DNA of 64,000 nucleotides from Rhina ancylostomus (Eukaryota), in contig JARFYF010000119.1 of the NCBI GenBank assembly GCA_030265395.1, positions 50,257,903 through 50,321,902 on the forward strand. Direction: 5' to 3'. Under the pieces are notes generated by a model. The model was not told where the DNA came from and did no database searches. It was given only the letters and a program-made list of their open reading frames with translations. Positions 21,751 to 33,792 of the stretch are shown here, piece after piece; the first letter of the stretch is position 1; each line of letters starts with the position of its first letter. The position numbers and the translations under genes are program-made.

Positions 21751-23222
21751 GTCTTCTCTCAGAAAATCTTTCTCTGTGAAATCATTTAAATTCTACTCTT
21801 TTTTTTTATAGCAACTGGTAATCTGGTACAGATCTATCCTGAGTAAAGAAAGATAGCAGCTGACTTTTAAATTTGTGGAATTGATCCTGATTTGACATGA
21901 AAATTGTTGGAAAATGGAAATTTTATTTTTAGACATGCTTTATTAACAAGACAATGCACAGAGACAGATCTTCAATACTGCAAGAGGCACTGGAGATGAA
22001 ACTGAACCTATGATTCCACTCATGCAAGGAACAGAGAGAAAGGATAGGGTGAAAATTGCGTGGAAAACCAAGTCAAAACCCTGTAATAGAAGCAGAAGGA
22101 CTGCAGTCAATGCATTTTATTTATATTAAATCTGTAAAAAGTTATCAAACTTTTGTCAGTCATAGTTTTCTTATACACAACAATTATGAGACTTTGCCCA
22201 TCAGGATGCACTATTCAAAGTCTTATTTTAATGCTGCATCACATTACTTTGCACATTTTACCAGTGTGTCAGCCTTTATAAATTTAAACTTTCGTTTTTT
22301 ATAATTTATCCTGCCGTCTAGCTTAGTTTTCTTTATCCTCTCCCATGCCAAGTTGCCGCACTGTTCAACAGATGCCACCTTCCTCAAATGCCGTATTTGA
22401 GTGGTCTGTCTGAACCCATGTAGGGTGGAGGCTATTCATGGCAGGCACTTGCTCTCATCCAGATTCTGAACCCACCTTGTGCTTTCAGAGGTGCATTTTT
22501 CAAAAGCTATGAAGAGTTTCTGCACTTTTTTGTCCCTAGTTCAGGAACATTCACATAAACTATAAGTGCATATAAAGCAAGAAATTACTTTCAACATAGA
22601 CAATTACCATTGATTACTGTGGAAGAAGTAACCATTATGAGTTGTCTTATGAAAGCATTTTTCTAGATGGAGAGGAAATGTAGTACTTAATAGTCATATG
22701 ACTACAAGTCAAAATACATGATTCCAATGCACAAAATACGCTAGAAATATAAAAATACATTCCATTGTCATCAGTTTCAAATTAATGTTATTGAACCATC
22801 TTGTGGGCCATGTATAATCAGTTGCTTATATTCACGAAGTGCTAGTGGAGTTACCAGTGACAATGGAGTGCCCTGTGCTGTGCTCCAGTCATGAGGTGAC
22901 TCAGACAGAGGATACAACATTATTTTGTTGGTATCCGTAGTGAATCCTCTGCCATCTTCTGCTACTGACACCACTGGGAAGTCTGTTCATCTGCTATTGA
23001 CAGAAAATTGTCCTGCATAAAGTTCTCAATGAGCATTGCATTAGCGATAGGAAACAGACATGAGCAGGATACAGGTTGCTGTTGTGTAACAGATTCGAGG
23101 GTCTCCAGACACAGTCTTTGGANNNNNNNNNNNNNNNNNNNNNNNNNNNNNNNNNNNNNNNNNNNNNNNNNNNNNNNNNNNNNNNNNNNNNNNNNNNNNN
23201 NNNNNNNNNNNNNNNNNNNNNN

Positions 23223-23380
23223 GTTCAAACAAACCAATGGCCCAAGGCCAGGTACAAAGGTGTTTACAGAGGCCAATGGTCAAGTGTGGACTAATGGGTG
23301 AGTGGAGCCAGACCTTGATTGACAGTGATGTGTCTTTTGACCAGGTGATCAGTGGTGTCACGTGACAGCCATGATCCTCC
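23223..23380. promoter_or_regulatory. Motif cluster: 2x CCAAT, PBX/PREP-MEIS decamer, palindromic E-box
   Basis: CCAAT at 23234-38 and 23273-77; TGATTGACAG at 23316-25; TGTCACGTGACA at 23356-67 inside an imperfect 30-bp palindrome. The motifs are seen directly; function is inferred. Confidence 0.35.
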
Positions 23381-25199
23381 ACAATGCAGTTGACAGAGAA
23401 GGCAGATAACATGAACACCATTTTCATTGGAAACATTGTTTTGACATTTAGTCGTAATGAGCTGTGATGACAGTGAAAAGCAGGAATAAGATTGTTTATT
23501 AAAAAGGATGTAAGGACTGAGTTGCATTATCTACTACAGAAAGGCTCCAGTCATTATCTGCAACTTGGACAGATGTAGAAGTCAAGGTCACCAGAAAAGT
23601 CAATCTCTATGAACAGGTACTTCTACTTTGATAATGGAAATGTCAAAGAGTTCAAGTTGTTATTGATTAAGTCTTGATTAAGTCAAAGGTATTCTACTCT
23701 CATTATATTCAGTGGTCTGTGACAAATAGAACCTGAATGTCCAAATCAGTTTTCCAGAAATTCTGAAACCATTTCATTTTGAGGCAATAGCTATGACATT
23801 CTTAAAGGTTGAGGGAGCTTTACAGCAAGGAATGATTCCACAGTGATCAAAGAAATTCTCTTCAATGTTAGAATTGCCTTTGGACCACCCGCAGACAGAA
23901 TCCAACCATAAATACAATGAAACCCGTAAATTTGGATTATTATCACGAGAGCTATGCCACCAGGAACCTATGAAAATACTTTAATATCAATGCAGACCAT
24001 TGATTATACCCAATTATACCCAGCGTGCTCTGTAGTTTTGCACATAAAATGGCCTAAACATGGGAAAGGTACAAATGAGATATTAGCTTGGGAGGTGGAC
24101 CCACCAGCTTCTTATCTAAGATGCATTCTGCTGAATGCCTGAGCTGGACCTTCAATGGGTGACATTATCCATGGGTGACAATGAATCTGACCCATTGTAT
24201 GTGTTGACATTGTCTCGGCATTCTTCCCCATTGGTCAGTATCAGCTTGCTGGGGACGTGATATAATTCGACACACAATTACAAATGTATTGCCAGCAAAA
24301 TGAAAATATAAAAGCTAAACAAAAAATACTGTTGTGTATTAATGGCATCAATATATTTCTCTCTTTGTTTCTTTCCAATTTAGCCATTACCTGAATTACA
24401 AAAGGGATGTGTTTCTTGAAAACGTTTTGTTAAACAACATTATTGTAAATCCAAAACCATGATGTATTATGGTTAGATTCCTATGGGCAGAGAGTGCTGC
24501 AATGTTCATTATGGTAAGAAATAGATTGGAAAATTGAAGACATGTACTCCAAAGAATCGATGGCTTCAGAATGAAAATATGTAAATCAAAAGTACAAAAT
24601 TCAAGACAGACCTGTATCCTACATGTGTGGCAGTAAGTCTTGACTATCTGTTTCCTCGTGATGAGTGTCTTCTGGATTTCACTGTCAGAGTGCTGGGTTC
24701 TGCCATCCTCAAGATTGATTGAGTTGGAGCTTAAACAGTTTGGTGCAGCTTCACAAAGTCCGAGACAGCAATGGGAAGCCAGTATTAAATACTTGGTGCT
24801 GCACCTCCAGTGCCTGATGCAGTGAGAGACCTGGGGAAGTGGGGGGGGCAGTCGCAGCCACTCCCTTTATGCAGACGCCTTTCAGAAAGGTTTGATCCCT
24901 GATCTACTGTCCTTCCTTAGTCCGTGTTAAAATATGCAGCATTATGCAATCGACAGGTTTTCTTTTCTCTGAACGACTTTTGATTCCTGATTGTAATTGT
25001 CAGCTGGATGGGGGTTTTTAANNNNNNNNNNTTCCCTTTGGCTGGCTTCCAATATGGGAAAGAATTCCAATTGATTTTTTTTTTGTCCATGGACTGGAAC
25101 TAGCAATATCTTGGGTAAATATTATACTACAATACCTCCTAAAGCAATACTTTCACCACTTTGAAGGACAAAACGTGAAGATACAAGACAACATTAACA

Positions 25200-25400
25200 C
25201 TGCCAAAGTGCCCTCTAAATTATACACTTGAGTTGGACAGTATTGCTTCACTGTCACTGAGTCAAAATTCTGGCATGCCGTGACAGTGTCTTAATCATTT
25301 GCACTGCCACAGTTCAAGAAGGCTCACCACTATTTTTTAAAGGCAGCTAGGATTAACTGTTCGTCTTTCTAAGGATGTCAATACCTCAAGAATAAATTTA
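25200..25400 (+). mobile_element. Older LINE family 3' end, decayed
   Basis: CTTCACTGTCACTGAGTCAAAATTCTGG...CAGTTCAAGAAGGCTCACCACTA; homologous to 3115-3330. Confidence 0.65.
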
Positions 25401-26099
25401 AATATATCAACAAAAATACATTTTCCAAGAAAGTTCTAGTAGGTCAAAGGTCCTGCTTCTATGCAGTATGACCTGCTATTCTAATCAAGCATTGTCTCAA
25501 GATTGGCACGTGAACAGCAACTTCCAGATTGTCGCGCTTCAGTGCAATGATGAGCCACTAAAATCAGCTTGTTTCTGGTCTGTGAAGTCAGTCACTTAAT
25601 CACTGTAACATTGACCAAAATCTAGATTTGACTTTACATGGTGGAATCCATAATGTCCAGTTGCATTGCAAACAGAAGCATACTTTGAGGTTCAAAATGT
25701 TGTTATGTTTAACGGAAAATCTTTTTCAAGTAAAAAANNNNNNNNNNGGAGACGTAATTATGATCAATTGGCAAATAACTTACTGTAGGGACAACCGGGT
25801 GAAGAAAGAAAAGTCATTAAAAACATTTCCATTTGTAGCTTATGTGGTTGTCATGAAAATAATAGAATGATTTCTTACTGAATGAAAGAAAAAATACTCA
25901 AATACATCTTAACTATATGTCATAGCATCAACTCTATTTGCTAAGGTTACAGTCCCAGAAACAGAAAATAAGTTGTTCTCTGACCTCCTAAGAAATAAAA
26001 TCTTCTTAAAGCCCAGATCTCAAACATTTACTTTGTTAATTAAAGTCAGGAAGAATAGAACAATTTTATAAACTCACTCAACACTGCCAACACTTTAAT

Positions 26100-26962
26100 C
26101 TTGCACATTGATAATTAAAACAACCCAAGAGAGGGAAAATAAACCCAGCATGATTACAGATACAGTAGTTGGAAGAACTGACAGATGGAACACAGAGATT
26201 ATTAACAGTATTTTTTCGACACATCCTCAAAGTTCAACGGGGTGAGTTAGTTGAAGTTAGGCTGTTTCCAATTAACACAGACAGATGTGAAACACTTTCC
26301 AAAAATACGTGAAAAAAATGTTCAACAAAATGTTTACTGTCGACAAAAAAAATCAATTATGCTGTACATCAGAAAACCTAACCACATTAAGGAATATGAA
26401 ATTATACTTTCTTATATAATGGAAGCTCAATGTTGGTTTTGGTCAAACAGTTACCACTTTCCCTGAAATTGGGACATGGAATTTTAAGTAACTGGAATAA
26501 ATATTTAAAGACCATTTTAGTAGATGTGGAATGTTGTAAATCTCCATGCTTGATAAAAGTAAAATGGTGTATTTATAAGGACAACAATTTGAAATATTTT
26601 AACAGGGTAAACTGGAAAGATCAGGATTGTCAGTCTTAAAAAATAATCACATTTGAGGTTAGCTAAAATGATGAACGGAACCGATGAGAAAACATGAAAA
26701 TAATTTGTAGACTAGAAGAAAGAAAAAAAATTACATTATTTAAGTGGTAGATGGAATATTAAAGTATTGGAACCTAAACAATGGACCCACTTGGACTTTT
26801 TTTATGTATAAATTGCCTTTAAAGATCACAACAGAAATCTTAATGCAATACTGGCCATTGCCTGCTAAAATCCTTCCCAGTGTGAAATATGTCTTATCAC
26901 TTCTAGAAGACGTTCTGCTGAATCTGATTGATACAAGGAATGAATACACATGTCATATGTTG
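26100..26962 (+). pseudogene. Possible very old hAT-type transposase relic
   Basis: FPEIGTWNF (~PxxTRWNS) near 26460. DGILKYWNLN...KITTEIL...LPA...SVKYVLSLL...TRN loosely resembles the hAT C-terminal dimerisation domain. Weak similarity, many stops. Confidence 0.3.
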
Positions 26963-27936
26963 TAGATGGAGCATATTCTGTCTGGAGGTTGGTGACCAGT
27001 GATGTTCTGCAAGGATCTGTCTGGGACCCCTGCTCTTTGTGATTTTTATAAATGACTTGGATGAGGGAGTGGAAAGGTGGGTTAGTAAGTCTGCAAATGA
27101 CATGCAGGTTGGTGGTTTTGTGGATAGTGTAGAAGGTTGTCGAGGCTTACAATGGGACATGGACAGGATGCAAAGCTGGGCTGAAATGTGGCAGATGGAG
27201 TTCAACCCAGAAAAGTGTGAAGTGATTCACTTTGGAAAGTTGAATGTAAAGACAGAATACAGGGTTAATGGCAGGATTTTTAGCAGTGTGGAAGAACAGA
27301 GGGATCTTGGGGTCCAAGTCCATTGATCCCTCAAAGTTGCCACGCAAGTTAATAAGGTTGTTAAGAAGACGTATGGCATGTTGGCTTTCATTGGTCCAGG
27401 GATTGAGTTCAAGAGCCACAAGGTAATGTTGCATCTCTACAAAACCCTGATTAGACCCAACTTAGGATATCGTGGTTAGTTCCGGTCACCTCTCTACAGG
27501 AAGGATGTGAAAGCTTTAGAAAGGGTGCAGAGGATATTTACCAGGATGCTACCTGGATTGGAGGGTATGTCTTATGAGGATAGGTTGAGTGAGCTAGGGC
27601 TTTTCACTGGGTGTACAAGATGATATGAGGCATGGATCGAGTGGACAACCAGAGACCTTTTCCCCAGGGTGGAACTCGCTAACACAAGGGGGCATAATTT
27701 TAAGGCGATTGGAGAAAAGTACAGGGGGTAAGTTTTTTTTAAACAGAGAGTGGTGGGTGCATGGCAGAGAGGCAGATATATTAGTGACATTTAAGAGACT
27801 CTTAGATAGGCACATGTATTATAGAAAAATGGAAGGGTATGTAGGAGGGAATGGTTAGATTGATCTTAGAGTAGGTTAAAAGGTTGGCACAACATCGTGG
27901 GCTCAAGGGCCTATTCAGTGTTTTATGTTCTATGTT
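26963..27936 (+). mobile_element. HER1/CR1 LINE, ~1 kb 3' portion
   Basis: IFINDLDEGVERWVSKSANDMQVGG...WQMEFNPEKCEVIHFG...EQRDLGVQVH; tail TTATGTTCTATG. Confidence 0.97.
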
Positions 27937-28949
27937 ACTCATCCTTGCCTTACTAACAAAAATTAGAGCAATATGTGTAATCTACAATCTTCATTTTGCA
28001 CCCTCAGAAACACAATGAATATACCCTACAGGAGACATGAATTGAAGAATTCAACAGGGACAGTGATATGCTGCTGCTTGCCTGATCTTTTAATACTCTA
28101 TACATATTCATAGGGCATTGCTTGGTCTTGCAGTACTTAATGCAGCTATGTGTAGTAGAAGTACATGTTGTAACCTCTGCAGAGTATGGCTCGCAGTGAC
28201 TCAAGGCCACTCACAGCACATATCTCCATCCGCACCAATGACCACAAGGGAGGATGTTGAGTGGGATATGAATCTCTGTCACCCCTCCTCTAAATCTCCC
28301 CTCATTTCCATGGCTTGTACTGTGGTTGCCATAACAAGAACTGTTTAATGTTGAGACCAACTTACCAGGATTCCCAGGGGCAAAGTTGCAGCAGTTGCAA
28401 TCTCTGGAGGAAGCTGCCATTAGGAGTCAGCAATCAGGGTGAAAGCCACCCCAACAACTTTTAAAATATCCATTTTTTTTCCTAGTTTCATCTCCTGTCT
28501 GGACATTAGTGTTAATTACAGCAATCATTCAGTACATCTAAAGTGTTGAAAGCCAGTACCTCGTCAAGGATGTTCACTTTACCTGCTATTTTCACAAGGT
28601 GTTAACCTGTATGAAATCAATTACTGATTCATGTTGGGTAGAACGGCCTGTTGTTGATACTACTGGGCAAACAGTCAACCTGCTTCATAATGTTCAAAGC
28701 ATTATGCCAACAAATTCCCTGCATTCATTCCCTGTTAGATACTGAAGTCTCTTCAGGGCACACTGATTACTGATCACTCATGTCCTCAAGGAAATAAATA
28801 GTCCTTACTCTTAACACTTTCATGAAAACACAATGGTAACCAGTGCTGAGATGCAGGAAATGTTATCCTGATAGTCAAGAAGTAGAAACATGAATTGCGC
28901 AATTGCAGATAAGTTGTGTTAGTATTGAAGAATCCAAGGAGGAATTAAA

Positions 28950-29126
28950 GCATAGAAACACAGAACACTACAGCACAGTACAGGCCCTTTGGCCCACCAT
29001 GTTGTGCCAACATTTTATCCTGCTCTATCTAACCCTTCCCTCTCACATAGGCCTCCATTTCTCTATCATTCATGTGTCTATCTAAGAGTCTCTTAAATGT
29101 CCCTAATGTATCTGCCCCCACAACCT
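28950..29126 (-). mobile_element. HER1/CR1 3' end
   Basis: CATAGAAACACAGAACACTACAGCACAGTACAGGCCCTTTGGCCC is the reverse tail. Confidence 0.92.
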
Positions 29127-29226
29127 NNNNNNNNNNNNNNNNNNNNNNNNNNNNNNNNNNNNNNNNNNNNNNNNNNNNNNNNNNNNNNNNNNNNNNNNNN
29201 NNNNNNNNNNNNNNNNNNNNNNNNNN

Positions 29227-29420
29227 ATAGTCTTATAACAGCAGGATAGAAGCTGTCCTTGAGCCTGGTGGTACGTGCTTTCAGGCTTTTGTATCTTCTG
29301 CCTAATGGGAGAGAGGAGAAGAGGGAACGTCCGGAGTGGGTGGGGTCTTTGATTATGCCGGCTGCTTCACCGAGGCAGTGAGAAGTCCGTGGAGGGGAGG
29401 CTGGTTTCGCTGATGTGCTC
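29227..29420 (-). mobile_element. Rex1/Babar LINE C-terminal fragment
   Basis: AAGIIKDPTHSGRSLFSSLPLGRRYKSLKARTTRLKDSFYPAVIRL. Confidence 0.9.
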
Positions 29421-29749
29421 AGCAATGGGCTGAATGGCCTTTTCTTCACACAGGCCTATCCTTGTATCATATGACACTCACAATCATCCTGTGATAATAT
29501 GAGACAGAGCAAATGTGTTTGGCTCTTGTAACAGTTTCCTCTTAGTGTTGGCAAACACTCACCAGCCAATTAAGTTAGTCCATCATTTTAGTTGGTTGTG
29601 AAGTGACAGCTTGTTTTGATTTATCAAGCTGTTGATTCTAGCTTTTATCTCTACTGGCAATTACCACTTCCAGGAGTGGTTTGGCCTCAGTTTTGAAGGA
29701 ACCCTTTACATCAATTCAAGCTATCAAACAAACTGCTGTACCTCAATCT

Positions 29750-29985
29750 GTTGTGTGCAGTTTTGGGCCCTATATCTTAGACAAGATGTGCTGGGCCTGG
29801 AGAGGGTCCTGAGCAGGTTCCAGGAATGAGGGGCTTAACACAAGGAGGGTTTGATGTCTCTGGACCTGTACTTGGTAGAGTTCAGAAGGATGAGGGGAGA
29901 TCTCACTGAAACCTACCGGATACTGAAAAGCCTGGATAGAGTGGACCTGGGGAGGATGTTTCCATTAGTAGGGAGGGGAGTCTAG
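29750..29985 (+). mobile_element. CR1 LINE ORF2 fragment (second subfamily)
   Basis: [19 protein letters not shown]...RRMRGDLTETYRILK. Confidence 0.9.
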
Positions 29986-29987
29986 CA

Positions 29988-30515
29988 TACATAGAACATT
30001 ACAGCACAGAACAGGCCCTTCAGCCCAAAATGTTGTGCCAACATTTTGACCTGCTCCATCTAACCCTTCCCTCCCACATAGCCCCCCTCCACCATTTCTC
30101 GACCATTCATGTGTCTATCTAAGAGTCTCTTAAATGTCCCTAATGTATCTGCCCCCACAACCTCTACTGGCAGTGCGTTCCACGCACCCACCACTCTCTG
30201 TGTAAAAAACTTACCCCTGATATCCCCCTTCTATCTACCTCCAATCACCTTAAAATTATGCCCTCTTGTGTTAGCCAACGTCACCCTGGAAAATAGTCTC
30301 TGACCGTCCACTTGATCCATGCCTCTTATCATCTTGTACACCTCTATCAAGTCCCCTCTCATCCTCCTTCTCTCAAAGAGAAAAACTCTAGCTCACTCAA
30401 CCTATCCTCATAAGACATGCTCTCAAATCCAGGCAGCATCCTGGTAAATCTCCTCTGCATCCTCTGTAAAGCTTCCACATCCTTCCTATAATGAGGTGAC
30501 CAGAACTGAACACAA
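29988..30515 (-). mobile_element. HER1/CR1 3' portion, tail-to-tail with the preceding copy
   Basis: [30 protein letters not shown] on the minus strand, plus the reverse tail CATAGAACATTACAGCAC. Confidence 0.96.
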
Positions 30516-31202
30516 TAAATACAGGACAAATCTTTTTTTCCCAAACATGAGATTACTGTGCTTCAAATAAGCATGGAGATTAGGCAGCTGGCAAATAAAG
30601 GATAACATCTGATCTCACCTAAGACCTATTCAATCTTTCTCCAGCCCTGATCTTACAATCCAGCCTGTTTAGAAGATCTCTATTGATGTTTTTAAACACT
30701 TGTATGTGTTCAAACGTTATTCAGGGAAAGCAAATTGAAAAATAGAAATTAGCAAAGGGTATTTCATTTCAGGAACAGAAATTATGATGGAGGAAAATTG
30801 CTGTTTCAATTCCTCCATCTGAAATCAACCCTAAAGTCTCCTCAGCCCTGTATTTATCTGCTCTAGATATGGAATGTCTACCTTGCTGCGTTGAAGCATT
30901 CTGGTCTCCAGCAGCATTATCTGAGTACAGCAAGTTCTCCAATGGCTCACTGAGAAGGCTTTGCCTCTAAGGCACCCTGAAAGCATTGACAGCCAGCCAT
31001 CTCCCACCTGCAGCATTGTTTGCTCTGAAAACCATAAGAGCCTTTGAAATTTTTAAATATCTCTGATTAAATTTTAAGTAAACAATAATAAAAGCAGAAG
31101 CTGAACTGAAAACCCTGAAGCATTAAAGTGTAAGTGAAATAATTTTAGATAAAGGAAGTTAGCTTCCTCTTTGAATCTGTAGCCCAGTAATCCCCACAAA
31201 AG

Positions 31203-31454
31203 TCAGTGGGGTCTCAGATCCCTTACCAGGTCTAATCTGATGCAGGACTGAAGAGATAATTGCCCATTGTATCTGTTGGGGGAAAGGCTGGACTCTAATA
31301 CTGGACTCCGTGCAGAGTCCTGCAGCAGAATGAATTGGTAATGTTCCAAATTTGCCAGCAAGTCCAGGGCTATGTTTAGAACAGATGATAGAAGAACAGT
31401 GAGCAGTGAGGATGTAACCAAAAATACATGTAGCCTGGTGAATGGAAGCTCCAT
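31203..31454 (-). mobile_element. Possible ancient L2 LINE fragment
   Basis: Loose resemblance of ...FILLQDSARS... to the L2 C-terminal LQxIQNSAAR motif. Confidence 0.3.
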
Positions 31455-31579
31455 GGATAGTTCTGTTCTGATTTATGCCTTAATATTCCCTACAAATTTA
31501 GGTTGATACGTGACATCGAATATGAATTTCCTTGGGAAATCTCCTACATCACCACAATAACTTTGGCAGATATCTAATT

Positions 31580-32275
31580 ACACAAGATAAGGGAGCAGAA
31601 GTAGGCCATTCAGCCCATCGAGCCTGCTTCAGGGAAAAGGGGAAAAAGAAATGAGAAAGGAGAAGTGGGGGGGAGGGTAGAGAGCCGAGAAAAGAAAATT
31701 AACCCCAATCTCTGGCCTTATCCCCATATGCCTTGATACCTTGACTTATTAGTTGCCTATCTATCTCCTCCTTAAATGTCCCCACTGATCTGGCCTCCAC
31801 TGCTGTACATGGCAAGGAATTCCATAAATTCACTGCCCTCTGGCTGTTTTAAACCTGTACCCTCTGATTCCAAGATTGTGCCCTCTGGTCCTGGACTCAC
31901 CCACCAAGGGAGACAGCTTGGCTGCATCCATTCTGTCTATTCCTTTCAACATTTTAAATGCTTCTATNNNNNNNNNNNNNNNNNNNNNNNNNNNNNNNNN
32001 NNNNNNNNNNNNNNNNNNNNNNNNNNNNNNNNNNNNNNNNNNNNNNNNNNNNNNNNNNNNNNNNNNNTACTCCAGTGAGTACAGTCCAAGAGCCGACAAA
32101 CGCTCATCATATGTCAGCCCTTTCATTCCGGGAACCATCTTCGTGAATGAACACCCTCCAACAAAAGCACATCCTTCCTAAGATATAGGGCCCAGAACTG
32201 CACACAGTATTCCAAATGAGGCCTCACCAGTGCTCCGTAGAGCCTCATCAATACTTCCTTCCTTTAAATACTATT
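31580..32275 (-). mobile_element. CR1 LINE 3' portion (spans a gap)
   Basis: [23 protein letters not shown]...IEAFKMLKGIDR...GESRTRGH; reverse 3' UTR GAATGGCCTACTTCTGCTCCC. Confidence 0.95.
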
Positions 32276-32499
32276 ACCCATATGTTTTGGGCTTTTATTG
32301 ATCTTTTGCAGAAGCCAATGACAACACAATACAATAGTGTATTAGAAAGATACCTGATAATTATTCTCTTTTTTTTCTAAGTTTATGGTATTTTCTTACA
32401 CGAAGGTTGAAGTCCCACTGATCAAGATCAGTCCAGGGCACTGAGAAAGAATCACGAGGAGGGCACTGAGCCTCTGAACGTCACTCAATAAGATAACAG

Positions 32500-32822
32500 C
32501 TGATCCTTACTTCATCTTTCTTCAACCTACTCCTTATCCCTAGATTCCCTTAATATCCAAACATTTCTCAATCTCCTTCTTGAGTATCCCATTCTCTGGG
32601 TGAAGAAATGCCTTCTCAGCTCTCTTCTAAATGGACAGCCCCTTACTTTGAGCCTGTGACCCCTCGTTCCATACAGCCTGGCCAGATGCAACATCAACCC
32701 CACATCTACTCTGTCGAACCTCTAATCACCACTCATTCATCTAAACTCAAGAGAGTACAGGCATCATTTGTTTAATCTCTCCTCATACTATAAATCTGCT
32801 ATCACAAGAATCAACCTGGTAA
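32500..32822 (-). mobile_element. Old CR1 3' fragment
   Basis: Diverged reverse copy of the CR1 ORF2 end (TCTCTGGGTGAAGAAATGCCTTCTCAGC...GTGACCCCTCGTTC). Confidence 0.65.
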
Positions 32823-33319
32823 ACAGAAAATTCAGATCAACCAAACAGTTTAGGGATTTACACTCCTCCACTTCTTAAGCTGAACTTCACTAAGGGATAA
32901 GATATTTATTTAAGAATGCTGTGAGCGTTGTTGTGTAATTTAATACATGGTAACAAAAGCTACAAATTATTTCCATTTCTATCAGGAATCATGTTATTCA
33001 CATCTGATTCTTTTCCACTAAAAGCAAGGCTGACATTTGAACTTTTGTGGGCGATTCAAGCGATGATTGTGTGTCTGATCTCCCAGCAGCTTAAGTGTCA
33101 ACTCCTCCTCTTTGCAACTGGCATTACAGTTCAGAAGCTTTCTGGAGTTGGCAAGCATCTAGCCTGCTAGGAAGCTTGTATTCCTTATGGGAAAGACTCA
33201 CTGAAGCCAAGATTTCTATTCAAATGAGGCTGACATCTCACACAAGTCACAAAATGAAGCTAAGGTAAAGACCACTAATGCTTTGAATGCAATCTCTATT
33301 GTCATTTCTATTTACCTTG

Positions 33320-33792
33320 GGCCCAACACATTGATGCAATCACGGAGAAGGCACGTCAGCGGCTCTACTTCATTGGGAGTTCAAGGAGATTTGGTATGTC
33401 ACCCAAGACTCTTGCAAATTTCTACAGATGTACGGTGGAGAGCATTCTGACTGGATGCATCACCACCTGGTATGGAGGCTCCAATGTGCAGGATTGAAAG
33501 AGGTTGGAGAGAGTTGTAGACTCAGCCAGCATCACGGGCACAATACTCCCCACCATCGAGGACAACTTCAAGAGACAGTGCTTCAAAAAAGGCGTCATCC
33601 ATCATTAAGGACCCTCACCACCCAGGACATGCTCTCTTCATGTTACTACCATCATGGAGCAGATACAGGAGCCTGAAGACCCACATGCAATGTTTCAGGA
33701 TCAGCATCTTCCTCTCTGCCATCAGATTTCTGAACGGTCGCAAAACAAATTTCACAACATATGTCAGTGACAATAAAGCTGATTCTGATTCT
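33320..33792 (+). mobile_element. Rex1/Babar LINE 3' portion
   Basis: HIDAITEKARQRLYFIGSSRRFGMSPKTLANFYRCTVESILTGCITTWYG...IIKDPHHPGHALF; tail GTGACAATAAAGCTGATTCTGATTCT. Confidence 0.95.

Noticed and set aside
24384-24632. Exon candidate after a strong polypyrimidine/AG
   Set aside because: All three frames hit stop codons before the available donors, and no protein similarity is recognisable.
25540-25553. CAGTGCAATGATGA, matching the 5' end of miR-130-family mature sequences
   Set aside because: The match stops after 14 nt and there is no complementary upstream arm to form a precursor hairpin.
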